NCBI GenBank assembly: GCA_001179505.1
Contig: CDMY01000748.1
Span: 62,001-126,000, forward strand
Origin: Vitrella brassicaformis CCMP3155
Lineage: Eukaryota > Protista > Chromerida
Length of the DNA: 64,000 nucleotides
Reading direction: 5' to 3'
Numbering within the stretch: position 1 is the stretch's first letter; the number at the start of each line of letters is the position of its first letter. The position numbers and the translations under genes were made by a program. Below, one piece after another: positions 25,890 through 38,933 of this stretch. The notes under the pieces were generated by a model, which made no database searches, was not told where the DNA came from, and saw only the letters and a program-made list of their open reading frames with translations.

Positions 25890-28308
25890 TTGGCATTCAA
25901 GCCTGGAAGCAGAACATCCCGCGCGGCAGACACCAGGTGAGAATGTACATACATCGGTGTGCGTCGCCTCCTCTCTCTCTCTTGTTGGTTGCCTTACTTA
26001 CGCCTTGTCGCTTCTTTGGTGTGTTGCAGCAGCAGGTCGACAGTGCTGCCGTCAGGTGGCTGCTCGAGGAGGAGCGGAGATTCTACAAGGGCATCATCTC
26101 AGACTACAAGGAGCAGATCACCGCCAACGCCCGATATGTGGAGCGGGAGCTGGGACACCTTCGAGACGAGCTGGGGTGGACAAAAGCCGACCTCGACGCG
26201 GCGCGCAAGGTGAGCAAGAGGCGTGGGCAGCGAGCGCAGCTGAGATTCGTCCGTCATCCATGGGTCGACTGTGATGTCATGTGTGGGTATGTATGTAATA
26301 ATTATGTAGATGCGTCGCCCGCCACCAACATGCACATAACGGCTGTGTCCATGGGTAGGACTCTCAGCCAGGAGCTGAGAAACCTGCTGGTGGAGAGGGA
26401 GGCCGACATTGAGGTCGAAAAGGAGAAGAACGACTGGGCTGCGTAAGTCTACACGCACGCACCTACCCACACACACAACCGCAATGGATGGATGAATGAA
26501 TGGACGACGCGTCTGTCTGTCTATGCACCCTGTTTTGTCAGGTTCGAGAATGAGCACTTGCAAGATCGCATTGCTAGCCTGACTGAGCAGTTAGCGGCAA
26601 TCATGCGGCAACGTGACACACTACAGGTGGGTCCGGTCCCACACACAAAGCATTTATCTATCTTATGCATGATGTATGTGTCTGTCCGTCCGTCCGTCCN
26701 NNNNNNNNNNNNNNNNNNNNNNNNNNNNNNNNNNNNNNNNNNNNNNNNNNNNNNNNNNNNNNNNNNNNNNNNNNNNNNNNNNNNNNNNNNNNNNNNNNNN
26801 NNNNNNNNNNNNNNNNNNNNNNNNNNNNNNNNNNNNNNNNNNNNNNNNNNNNNNNNNNNNNNNNNNNNNNNNNNNNNNNNNNNNNNNNNNNNNNNNNNNN
26901 NNNNNNNNNNNNNNNNNNNNNNNNNNNNNNNNNNNNNNNNNNNNNNNNNNNNNNNNNNNNNNNNNNNNNNNNNNNNNNNNNNNNNNNNNNNNNNNNNNNT
27001 CTTATGCATGATGTATGTGTCTGTCCGTCCGTCCGTCCGTCCATACACACCTTGCCCACACGTGCACCTGGAGGCGGACTTGACCAAGGCGATAGCTGCG
27101 ATGCCGCAAATGCCCGCTGGACCCTCTCCCCCCACACCGACATCGCATTCGACATCGCATTCGTCTCTGTGTGTGGCCTTTGTTCTGCTGTGTGTGCAGT
27201 CGAGTCGCAATGTTGGAGCAGCTCAAACAGCAGCACGGCGCCACCATCAGGTGAGCACCACACACACATGTGAATGGACTCATTCCCACTCACACCTACA
27301 CCCGCTCTCTCCCGCCCTCCCTCCCTCCCTCCCTCTCTCCCTCGTGTGTGTTGTATGTGACGTACGTCAGCCGTCTGACCACAGAGCTGGCCAACAGCCG
27401 CATCAAAGTCACCACGCTCGAGCACGAGATCGTGTCGCTCCAGGAAGCTGCCGACGAGGACCAAGAGCGCACCCTCTACGCAATGAATACGTACGTGAGC
27501 GGGGCAAGCCGGGTCGACACACATGCACTCATTGAATTGATGTGTGTGTGTGTTTGTGTTGCCGTCGGTCAGGTTCGAGGAGGCGGCCGAGGAGCAGCGG
27601 CAGCGTCTCATTCAGCAGCGGGCCAGGATGAACAAGAAGGTGAACAAGGACGCGGCGCGAAGGAGGAGGCTCGCCGAGGGATCGAAGGCACTTGTCAGCC
27701 AACGCGCCGACCTCACCGAACTCCTGGTTATGTCGCCTCCCTTCTCATTGCTTTCTATGCGTCCACGCTTCCCTCCCTTATGTGTGCAGGAGACGTCTGG
27801 GGCCCTCGGCTCCTTCTGGCGGCAGTCTTCAACGCCTGGAGGCAGAGCACCCCGCCCGCCAGACACCAGGTGAGAATATACATACATCGGTGTGCGTCGC
27901 CTCCTCTCTCTCTCTTGTTGGTTGCCTTACTTACGCCTTGTCGCTTCTTTGGTGTGTTGCAGCAGCAGGTCGACAGTGCTGCCGTCAGGTGGCTGCTCGA
28001 GGAGGAGCGGAGATTCTACAAGGGCATCATCTCAGACTACAAGGAGCAGATCACCGCCAACGCCCGATATGTGGAGCGGGAGCTGGGACACCTTCGAGAC
28101 GAGCTGGGGTGGACAAAAGCCGACCTCGACGCGGCGCGCAAGGTGAGCAAGAGGCGTGGGCAGCGAGCGCAGCTGAGATTCGTCCGTGATCCATGGGTCG
28201 ACTGTGATGCCATGTGTGGGTATGTATGTAATAATTATGTAGATGCGTCGCCCGCCACCAACATGCACATAACGGCTGTGTCCATGGGTAGGACTCTCAG
28301 CCAGGAGC
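25890..28308 (+). pseudogene. Truncated tandem copies of the coiled-coil exon module of the 18.2-24.6 kb gene (diverged paralog fragments)
   Basis: Exons homologous to 19770-21330 recur (QQVDSAAVRWLLEEERRFYKG at ~26030 and ~27960). The block begins mid-exon at ~25890, ends mid-exon at ~28308, and has an out-of-frame head-to-tail junction at ~27135. Confidence 0.7.
26700..26999. other. Assembly gap, 300 N
   Basis: Run of N. About 39 bp on each side are duplicated, suggesting overlapping contig ends. Confidence 0.98.
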
Positions 28309-28347
28309 TCCGAAAGCTCTCTTTTCGGTTTGGCATAGTGCGGCAGC

Positions 28348-29746
28348 ATGTCGCTGATGTCATCATTGGGGTTCCTTCGGCGGGGGGAGTATCGCCTCCA
28401 GATAAGCTCACAGGAAGACAACTACGGAGAGACACAGAGGGCCTTAGAACGGGTACGCGGGATGGATGGATGCATGGGGGAAGTGGGNNNNNNNNNNNNN
28501 NNNNNNNNNNNNNNNNNNNNNNNNNNNNNNNNNNNNNNNNNNNNNNNNNNNNNNNNNNNNNNNNNNNNNNNNNNNNNNNNNNNNNNNNNNNNNNNNNNNN
28601 NNNNNNNNNNNNNNNNNNNNNNNNNNNNNNNNNNNNNNNNNNNNNNNNNNNNNNNNNNNNNNNNNNNNNNNNNNNNNNNNNNNNNNNNNNNNNNNNNNNN
28701 NNNNNNNNNNNNNNNNNNNNNNNNNNNNNNNNNNNNNNNNNNNNNNNNNNNNNNNNNNNNNNNNNNNNNNNNNNNNNNNNNNNNNNNGGGATACGGAGGG
28801 ACGTGGAGACTCAGGGAGGAATGAGGGTGATTCGAGAGAGACCGTCTTCGGTTTCTTGTTGTGTCGATCAGGACTTGTGTCTCTTGCTGCCGCGGTTTCA
28901 TAACATCTGTCGTGTGCCGGGCGCGGCCGGGGTCCTCTGCCAATGGCTGGTTGACGTGGAAGTTGATGAAGCGGAGACAGGGGGCAGGCAGGAGCTGTTG
29001 CAAGCCGTCGACAGGATTGCTGCCCTAAACAATGTTACGATCACGACTAAGGCCTTGGTAAGACGACAGGAGCACCACAGTACGTCTCTCTCATGTCAAT
29101 TATGCGTTTGGCTGGCTGGCTGTCCATGTGAATATGCAGACGACTCTGCGAGTTTCCAACCCGATTGTGAGAGAACAACCACAAGAGAGGAGAAGACATT
29201 TGCACCACACAATCTCCTCTTCGTGTCCTTCCCTTCCTTGCATGTGTCCCTGCCCAGCGTGGCTTTCCCCGACAGGCTGCCGAGAGAGTGGCTGCAACGC
29301 TCAGCAGAGTGGGCGGGGGGCGGCAGGGCGGCGGCAACACGCAGCCTTTGCGCCACCGTCGCCCTCATGTGCCCGTGCCGGCTGAGGTGGGAACACACAC
29401 TTTCGATCAATTTGACTCCGACTTCTTCTGTGCTCTGCTTCAGCTGATGCGGCTGTCGGGCTCGCCATATGACATCCCGACGATAATGCCACGGGTGAGA
29501 CTTATGAGTGTCAAAACCTTCAAGCTGCCTCTCTCATCGCCGCTTCCTCTATGTGGTATGTGTGTTTGTAGACTGGGAGACACCGTCCGTCTGCTCAATT
29601 CGAGCGACGGCTCACGACTGCCGGTGGGCCAGCCCCCGTCCAGCGGCTGCAGCCTCCCTCGCCTTCGTACCAGGCCGCCTCACGAGCCCCACGTCCCAGC
29701 CGCCGTCCTCCAGCGTCCGAGTGTGCGGCCCGGCGGCGTGCGGTAG
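28348..29746 (+). CDS. Hypothetical spliced gene spanning the second gap
   Basis: MSLMSSLGFLRRGEYRLQ...ALER|GTACGC lies before the gap. After it come exons DLCLLLPRF...TTKAL|GTAAG, LMRLSGSPYDIPTIMPR|GTGAG and LGDTVRLL...GGVR*. Confidence 0.4.
28488..28787. other. Assembly gap, 300 N
   Basis: Run of N, same fixed length as the first gap. Confidence 0.98.
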
Positions 29747-30189
29747 TCTTTCAGGGGTGAGACAGAGTCGGGTGGCAGGCAGGCAGGCGCCCTACTTGTC
29801 CTCACTCGGTTCTGTCTGGCACTCGGTTCCCTGCTGTGGTGCTTGTAGGTGGGCCATGGGTGTGAGTGGGTCGGCAGGATGCATATTGCTGCCTACATTT
29901 TATATTCCAGAGACAATTTTCTGCTGAGATTTGCAAACTGAGCTCTGACGTGTGTGTGTTGGAGAGGCCATTGGACCAATCATAATGGACCAATCTCATA
30001 CAAATCTTGTGTTCAGGGAAGTCGGTTGTGTTCGCACACACGTGCACATCACATGCGACACACGTGTCCAGTGCACCCATTTCAGACTCTCATGCCACGT
30101 CGAGCACAGCATTGTCGATGCCAACCACACTCCGCGAGGACTTGGCCTGGACACACACCATCCATCCATCCATCCACACACAAAACAGG

Positions 30190-31875
30190 TAGAGATGGAA
30201 ACATCATGATCCACACTGACGAACACATTCCTGTACATATCCAAGGCAGCATCCTCTCTCACCTCATTCGCCTTGACGAGGTTGCTCCAGATGTAGTAGT
30301 GCAATATCCGCAGCCTGAACGAGACACGCACGGCGAACGCACCAACCAAATTGCACACACACAGCCAGCCAGCCAGCCGCGTTCACACGAGGGAAGTCTT
30401 AACTTACTTGTCTGGTTCGTCGTTCCATCCAAAGGACTCAGTGAGCTCTTGGTATTTCTGCGCCTTGGTCTCCGTCACATTCCTACACACACAGACAAGA
30501 GCGAGACACGTCAGCAGTTTCTTCGTCTGTGTCTTCATTCCCTCACTTTTGCACCTCCGCCTCTCGCACTTTGACCAGATAGTCGCCGAACGACGTCGCG
30601 TTGGCCTGGGATGGTTGACGGAGAGCGTCCTAACATGAGTGCTGTGTATCTGCGTCAAGTTACCAGGACGACTTGTGCGAATGCGGCTGCATCGGCGCCG
30701 ATCTTCTCTATCTCAGCTTGGATCAGGGCCACCTGTACACAGCAACAAGAAAGCCTCGCTGGTCCATGGACCGCCGGCTGCAGCAGCAGCCCACCCCGTC
30801 CCGCCCACCTCTCTGTTGTTGGCTTCCGTTCTCTGCGATTGTAGCGTGAGGATCTTATCAAGGATGGCATCCTCAAACTGACAATACATACATTCATCCA
30901 TTTGCAGGCAGGCGTGTAGGTTTGTGGGTTGGGTGTGCCATCTGTCCTCCTTGTTGGCCACTTACGGGGTCCTGCAGGTCGATCTCTCTCAGCTGCAGCT
31001 CGTGAACGATGAAGTAGCCCGTCCCCTCCAACTGAGACTTGATGTTCAGCAGCAGTGTCGCTGCATACACACCCACCCACACACATACATACACACACAC
31101 ACACACACCACGCACATGAAAGGGGCAGGGAGGCATGTGCGTGCACCCACCAGCAATGGTCTCTCGTTGTTCAAAGAAGTCCAAGGCTTCGAAGAGTGTG
31201 GTGGTGTCCTTGATGATCCTCTGTGTCCACCCCACCACCCAGTTCAGCCAGTGCTCGCCCCACTGCAGGTACAGACGCGGCAACTCCTCCCGACGCAACG
31301 ATATCTGACACCAATACCGACCCGCACAACAACACCAGCCCGCCATGAGCACATCAACGATTGTATGCGTCCTCTTTGTGCTGGCTTTGTGTGTGTGCGG
31401 ACGGAAGGACGAACAATCGCACCTGCAGTGAGAGGTCGAGGAAGACGTTCTGCCCGTTGCCTGACCAGCAGGCCAGCTGCGGGCTGTTGCTGTCGCCATT
31501 CTTGAACTCAATCGTCACATGCCCGCGGGGGTAGTGGATGAACGACCGCCCCAGCCCCACTGCGGACACAAAAGGCAATGTACACACATGGCCGCGAATG
31601 CTGCAGCCATAGGCAGCCATGCTCACCAAGGTAGCGGCCGCTGTCCTTGATTCGGTCGGTGAGGATCTTCTTGTAGGTGTTGTCGTAGACTATCTGCAAG
31701 CCAACAGAGGGAGGGAGGGGGATGCCATCCTTGCTCGCCGCGGCTGACCTACCCCATACTGTCTTGGTTCGACGACGCCCCAGCTGATGGAGAAGAGCAC
31801 AATGGATGTGATGAACAGCACACAGAAACACCCACCGGACGCAGAAAGGACCCGCCAGTCCGAAAAGTCCACCAT
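30190..31875 (-). CDS. SPFH/Band-7 domain membrane protein (3' end approximate)
   Basis: N-terminal TM (CVLFITSIVLFSISW), then VVEPRQYGIVYD...GRYLGLGRSFIHYP...SGNGQNVFLDLSLQY...DFFEQRETIA...VHELQLREIDL...FEDAI and a coiled-coil tail. This is the pattern of protist Band-7 proteins. Confidence 0.7.
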
Positions 31876-32526
31876 TTTCCCTTGGATAGAGTGTTTACAG
31901 ATGTAAGCGGGCGCGACTGATGGAACGCGCTGCGGCCTTGGAGAGGGAGCTGCAGCTCAGACACATCATCATGTTGCGCGAGAGGAACATCTACCTCGTG
32001 AGCAGCCGACAAAAACGATGCGCATGACAGATGACGTCGTCGCGCCTTGCATCTGTGTGTGCAGGACAAATTGCGGATGTTGGAGCGCTTTGGTGAGTCC
32101 AGGAAGTGGACCTCTGACGACCCCGTCATGCGCCAGACGCTGGCGAAGCTCAAGACCATTCTCTACGCCGAATCCACAGACATCGACAAATGAGATGGTG
32201 GGCACCACTCCAACACACGAAGAGGGAGCCTGCTTTTCATGTGGGATGCATCAGGCTGACAAGATTTCAAAAAGATCTCAAGACCCGTGGCTGTGCATGT
32301 TGTGGTTATAGAGACGAACGAAACAGGGACTGCGTGTGTGATATGTATGGAGCTTTGAATCAATCGTGAATGGCGTCGTCAACTAAGCCCCCACAGGTCC
32401 CCGTCTAGAGCTCATGCAAACCTATACACCCCTCACGCACACAGACGCTCCATGCATCTATCTAAGTGTCCCTCCGCTCCACCCCATCCCATCCCGCCCC
32501 ACTCCACTCCACTCCACTCCACTTCC

Positions 32527-35500
32527 TCATCTCTGCGAGAGCATCACCTGTGGGCTCCTCCACCCCCCGCCCACACCCCCATGCACGCCGCCCCCCACAC
32601 CAGCACCACCACCAGCAACCCCGCCGTCCATCATCAGCGGCTGCTGTCGCACCGGCGTCCCCGGCAGCGAGCTGCTCCCGTAATGGCTTGTCCGTTGCAT
32701 GAGTGTCAGCAGCGGTCTGTGAGTGGGGGCGGGTGGGCGAGGCATCAAAGGGTACGGCAGTGGGGGCACAGCCGCCGCCTTGGGGCTGGCGGTCTGCATC
32801 GTGGCCTTCGGTGGGTGGTAGATTGGGGGTGTGGGCATGCGGGCGCGGTGGGGCAGAGGGGGACGTGCCGGGCGCTCTTGGACGGCAGCACCTGGGGAGA
32901 AGAGACTGAAAAAGGTCAGAGAAGACACAAGGGCATGGATGCAGATGGATGAAAGGGTCCATCTGTGCAAGGTACCTCTTTGCGTCGAAGCTCGGAATCA
33001 TGCTGTTGATGTTCTGTCCGTCATCTCCCTGTTGCTGTTGCTCATCCTCCCTCCAGCAGACGCCCTCTTTCTCCCTCTCCTCCCCCGCCGCCTGCTGGCC
33101 GTCATCCGGCCGCTCGAGGACCAGCTCGCCATCCCCCTCCCCATTCATCATATTCATGCCCTCCTCCTCACTGCTGTCGTGCCCGTCAGACCACTCACAC
33201 GCCCGGCCGATGTCGTTGTTCTCCCTCCCCTTCTCGCCATCAGATGTCTGCTCTTCGTTGTGGAGCGTGCCGGACGGCACGGGGGGCAGGTAGATGAGCG
33301 GTGGGAGCAGACGGGGCGCTGGCTCATCCGCATCTTCCTCGTCAAGCCGCACCTGCTCCTCGCCATCTGAGTCTTCCTTGGCCGCCATGTCGTCAGGCAG
33401 GCGAGACGAAATCGGGGCGTCCTCGCTCTCGTTGGCGTCTTCCTGCACAGCCGGCAGACCGAAGGGGCCCGCCGGGTGCTGCCAGCCCTCCTGCCGCTGC
33501 TGGTGCTGGTGCTGCTTGGGCGCCTCGATGCCGTCCGCCTGCTGCTGCAGCATGGCTGGGCGGAAGTGGCTGGAGAAGGGGTGCTGGGGCAGCTGTGTGT
33601 GTGAGAGGGGGTAGGGGAGCATGTTCGTGTTGGTGCCGTCGTATCCGTGGGGTATGGGGTGGTCGGGCTGAGGCATCATGCAGTCGCGGGGAGTGGGGGA
33701 TGGGGGCAGGGGCGGACGAAGGTCATACAGCTGCACACAGGGATGCACAGCACACAGAAGGAGACGTGTTGGGGAGATGTCTCTGCCTGCCTGGCCGTCA
33801 GGCAGTGGGCGCTTGCCTGTGGGTATGTGTCGGGCTGCTCCTGCTGCTGTTGCTGCGGGTGTGTCTGTGTCTGTGTCGGTCGGATGAGCTTCTTCTTCTG
33901 TTTGATGGCGGCTCTCTCCGCCAACGCATCGCGCAGACTGGCATTCTCACTCTCCAGCTACATGTGCCTTACAACTCATTGGTCCATTGGCGGATTTGCG
34001 TATTGTCGTGCGTTCATTTACCCGTTCTTGTTCTCTGAGGGCCTCCTGCTCCCGCGTCTGGGACGTCATGCGCTTGGTGCGCTCATTGCGGGACTGACAA
34101 AGTCACACACAGGAAAACAGGCAATATGCACATCGAAAAACGAAGATGCCGGGGGAGAGAGGCTTGCTCACCAGTGCCCGCAGCTTGTGCATTTCCGCGT
34201 TGAGAGCCCTCACCTCACCCTGCAAACACACGGCCGCACGGCCGCAAAAGAGGCTGTGTGATGTGTGCTGTCTTGTGTGTCTTTGTTGATGCATCAGTGA
34301 GAGGGTACACACCTGCAGCACGGCATTGTCCTGCTCGAGGTTTCTGCACCGGTCCCTGCTGCGCACATACTGCACCCGCAGCAACTCCACATTATCCGTA
34401 CCAATCTGACAGACGTCATGCGACACAATAATAACATTTCCTGCCAATGCCCACCGACCCACCTACAGTACCTACCAGTCTCCTTATCGACCCAAGAGCT
34501 GGCGTAGAGGAGTCGCTGCCCCCAGGCTCCCGAATCCCATGCACGCCTCTGTTTCCCTCCTGCTCGCCATCCGTGTGTTGTTCGGAAGCCTCCTGCTGGG
34601 AGAGGGCCTTGTGCAGCGCCTCTGCGGTGGTTGTGGTGGTTGATCTGGCTGTGGAGGGGCGGCGCCGCCTCTCGTGCTCTTGCAGCTCTGCCGTCTTGGC
34701 CGTCAGATCCTAAGGAGAGAGAGGTGGACGGCGTGGGGCGGGGTGGGGGATGAGTGGATATGTGTGTGGATGTGACCTTCTTGCTCTGTTCGATCTGCCT
34801 CTCCAGCTGATGCACGCGGACCCTGCACACATACACACACACACACACACACAGACGCAGACCCATTGTTCGTCGCGCGTATCACACTGTTTGCCACGCA
34901 TCTCTCTGTGTGTGCATGGGTATGGTGTATGGTGTGTGGTGTGTGTGGCCTACCTTAGTGTACGATTCATATGGACTAGATTCACGTCGTGGCTGTCCCT
35001 CTCCTTGAGCCTCTTCTCTGCCGCATCGAGGTGGGCCAGCAGGTCGGCCTTCTCCACGGCGGCGCGGCGCGACTGACGCATGCTGCCGTGCAGTGCAGTG
35101 CAGGAAGAGAGAGACATTGCCATCGTCGAGGTGTTGGTTTTCCTCCCTACCTCTCGTCCAGCCGACGCCGCAGGTCGTGGTTCTCGCGCTCTGCTACAGT
35201 CCTCCACACCAACATCTGCACACACACACACAATGCACCCGCACATCCATGCCAATGACAACCCGCTTGTTCCTCCCCGATCTCACCTCCTTATCTCTCT
35301 TATTGGTGGCGGCCTCCCACTTGATGGCGACAAAGCACGCCCGCATGGCGGCCAGATGCCGCTCCCTGCTCTTGCGCGACACCCACGCCCACACGGCCTT
35401 GCCCACGTCGCTACGCCCCTCCGCCCCATCCCGGTACACGTGCACGCCCATGCTCATGCACTGCAACACCTGCACACGCAAAGGAACATGAAAGCAAGAG

Positions 35501-36633
35501 TGAGTGGGTGTTGGGGCGATTTGGTTCTGCTCCGTGTCCCACCTTCTCCTCGGCGTCCCGCAGCTCCTGCGTGACGCGCTCCAGCCGCGCCAGCAGAACC
35601 GCATGTACCCACCTGTGCCACCCCTCCCTCATGGCCCGCAGCGCCCCCGCCCGACTCTCCACCAGGCGCCTCAGCGCCGCCCTCCCCCTGCTCCCCGCCA
35701 CCTTCCACTGCCACCACACACCCCTGAGCATCCTCTGCTCCATCTGCCGAATCCACTGGGACAGCACCGCACAGAAGAGCCCGGACGACCGCGGCAGACG
35801 TAGCGGCAGCCCGCCCTTGGTGCGCCCGCGGAATGACGACACACGGAGAGGGGAGGACGATAGCGACGGGCTGGGAGTGCTGTTGAGCTTGTCATCGCCC
35901 TCGCCATTGGCGCCCGCATTGCCATTGGCATGGTGGCCATTCTTGCTGTCTGCCAGTGGGAGGGCCGATGCGAAGCCGTCACTGCTGTTATTGTTATGGT
36001 CGACTGCTGGCGGGGCGGGCAGGGATGTGTTGAGGGGTTTGGGAATGTGTGCGTGGGAGGTGACGGCCGAGTTGTAGTAGGAGGGGTTCTTGATCTGCTG
36101 CACCACAGGCAGGATGTCGGCCCGCCACTGGTAGCCGTTCTGCGATGGGGGGCCGCCGTTGGGGGACTTGGTTGTCGATGACGTGTGGTAATCCGCCTGG
36201 AGAATGGTGGCCTCGAGTGTGGCGTGGCGCTCGATGAGCTGTGACTCCAGCACCGAGATCTCGTCCTTCAGCGATGCAACTACAGTATTGAACCCAGGCG
36301 ACTGAACAACCACCCCCCACCCCCACACACATCGCAGAGAGTGTCTTCCCCCGCTCCCGTCTGACGCACCTCGTCCCGGCCGTTCATCATGGCCGCCTTC
36401 GTTCTGTATGGGCTCAGATCCACCTCGCCGTCATGACTACCATCAGCCCCCTCATGGTCATCCACATGCAGAGGGCATCGGCTCTGAAACAGATCCGTCA
36501 CGGTGGGGTCTGCTGCCGGCGCAGCAGCTCCGATATCACTGGGGAGTGCGGCGAAATTCGGCCGCTGGCGGGACGGCGATGGGTTCTCCAGACTGTCGAA
36601 CACTGCAGGCGGCTTGTCATGCCGCAAATCCAT
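32527..36633 (-). CDS. Large multi-exon coiled-coil / low-complexity protein
   Basis: In-frame exon chain from MDLRHDKP through VVASLKDEISVLESQL, LLAHLDAAEKRLKE, VHQLERQIEQSKK and LESENASLRDALAE to Pro/Gly-rich tail ending VMLSQR*. Confidence 0.7.
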
Positions 36634-36922
36634 CGCGCGGCAGAAGCGTTTACATATTTCGCGGCCGTTGCGCCGATCGCGCTCTCCTCTCTGCGTTAGC
36701 CATGCGACGACAGCCCTCCTGCTATCTGCCTGTCTCTCTGCCCTCTGTCTTAACGGCCTTCCCCCTCTCTGTCCATCTGCAGCATCCCTCGACTCCACTC
36801 TCATCGCTTGCATCGATCTCTCATCTCGCGGCTGCCCAACTTATTCTCTTCAGCAAGCCCCTCGTCGTTGTTGCCTGCCCGCTGCTCGTCTGCGCTTCCT
36901 CCCGTCGCCCGCTCCACGACAA

Positions 36923-37554
36923 ATGAAGGCCCTCTCCCTTTCGGTGCTGGTGTGCCTGCTCGGCATCGCACTGGTCTGCGCTGATGATATGAAGCGGGCT
37001 GCTCCTGCTGATGCTCCGTCTGCGGTGGCCCGGCGTTTGAGAGGCGGGATAGCTGATGACGCCGACGAAGTGACATCCGATGGTACGCACACAGGGTGGC
37101 TGTTTGCAGCTTGTCCACACGCTGCACACAAGTACGCCTTTCCTGTGTACCTGTGTGTCTGTAGGTGGTGTGCCTGATGCTCTTGTGACGGGGCCAGCGG
37201 CAGCAGACAGTGAGGACGCGGCTGATGAGCCGACGGCTGCAGCTACAGGTGGGTGTGCAGACATCCCCACCCTGCCCACACGTCATCCTTGCAATTTTGG
37301 CCACGTGTGTGTGTGTGTGGATTTGTGCGTGAACAGATGAAGATGAAGATGAGCCCAGTGGCCTGGAGGCCGTGGAGGAGTCATCGAGTCCCACAGAGCG
37401 GAGGCTGGGCCCGGGCTTCTGGGACAAGCTCAAGTATTACAAGAACAAGATCAAGAACAAGATCAAGCAGAAGTGGTATGGCTACAAGAACAAAAAGTAT
37501 GGCGGCGGTGGGTACGGCGGTGGCTACGGTGGTGGGTACGGCGGATACTATTAG
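36923..37554 (+). CDS. Secreted 153-aa prepro-protein: signal peptide, two RRL motifs, acidic spacer, cationic Lys/Tyr/Gly-rich C-terminal peptide (copy A)
   Basis: Exons 36923-37082, 37165-37248 and 37337-37554 splice in frame. MKALSLSVLVCLLGIALVCA...ARRLRGG...TERRLGPGFWDKLKYYKNKIKNKIKQKWYGYKNKKYGGGGYGGGYGGGYGGYY*. Confidence 0.88.
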
Positions 37555-38339
37555 ACACACCACAACACACATAGTGTGGGTGGGTGGGTGCGTTGACACA
37601 CACACAGTATGGCGTGTACATATCTCTGTCGATGGCTGTGTATATAAGTCACTATGTAAGTCGCTCGTGCGCTTTGTTCAAGCACGAGCACCGTACGTGT
37701 AGAGCTATGGATGACATCCAGTGGGGGGGCGGGTGGCTAGTGTGTGTTTGCCTCAAGGAACCGGATGGTCCATCCCATCCACGTGTCGGTTGTGTGCACA
37801 CACATGTACATATCTGGTCGTTCTTGGTTAGTGAGACAAGGGGTTCAGTACCGTACCCAAAGCGAGAGAGGGTGTGGTGTGGCTGATCCTGGCAGTATGT
37901 TCTGTCTGTCTAAGTGCCTGTCTGTGTGGCTGCTGCTCTGCCAGATGTGATCGATATCGATGCGCAAAAGTCTTTTGACCGGGATTCTCTGGTCCGACGC
38001 ATACATATACCGCACTCCCTCTGTGAGTGATCGGCGTCTTCTTGTGAGCTCTCAAATACGTGTATATGTGTGTGTGGGTGGGTGGGTGCATGTTGATACA
38101 TGTTGATATAGACCTTGGACAACACGCGATAGGGCGGTACAATAGATAGTGAGGACGCCTTCGCATCCAGATGTGATGAGATGAGCTACACAGAATGATC
38201 GCGCCGCACTCTACCTACCTCCATCATGGCTACTCATTTAGTCATCAGTCGTTGCGGTCCGTCCATCCATCCGTCCATCCGTCCATCCGTCCATCCCTTC
38301 CCTCGTCATATCACAATCACACACATCGACTCCCCCGTC

Positions 38340-38600
38340 TGATATGTGTCAGTCAGTCAGTCTGTCAGCTGTACACACGGAGAGGTCAGTCATTGCAGCC
38401 ACATAGCAGCCAAGGCCAGAACACGACACACCCACACACACCACTCCCACACACCTGCGGACGGGCAGCATCGCCCTTTGCCACGGCCAAAGACAATAGG
38501 ACCGTCAGACAGGCTCGCTCACAGAATGGCCACCAGCCTATACTCGAGGTATCTCTTGTCTGTCCCACCCGAAACAACGAAATCCATTCACTTTGTTCTC
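38340..38600 (-). pseudogene. Relic of the FKBP-like terminal exon plus its 3' flank (left arm)
   Basis: Reads ...RVGQTR / YLEYRLVAIL*. The following ~190 bp match 52840-53040 at nucleotide level. Confidence 0.6.
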
Positions 38601-38933
38601 TGCCGTATCTGTCGACGCTTGTGTCTTCCAGTCAGAGCAAGTCACACTTATGGTCTTCTTGCCTGGTGCACGCCTTCGCATCCAGACTCGATGTATCTAT
38701 GGTCGCCTGCACCACACGCACCACTGGCAGCCAGTCCTCGGCCCCCTGTGCACCGACCAAACTGCCGAAAGAATCAGTGAGTACTTTGACCGAACTGTTT
38801 GTTGACAGCTTTGACACTCATTGAGTGAACAGGTGGCGCAGATAACAGTCAGTGTCATGACAGCAGATGGTGACGGTCAGTGTCTCGCACTTATCATCAG
38901 TACGGCACACGGCACTCACCAGTCAACAATCGG

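Noticed and set aside
26660-27040. Direct repeat flanking the first gap, resembling a target-site duplication
   Set aside because: Best explained as overlapping contig ends at a microsatellite, not an insertion.
26492-29447. Long ORFs containing X runs (e.g. 725 aa at 27270-29447)
   Set aside because: Artefacts of translating through 300-N gaps and introns.
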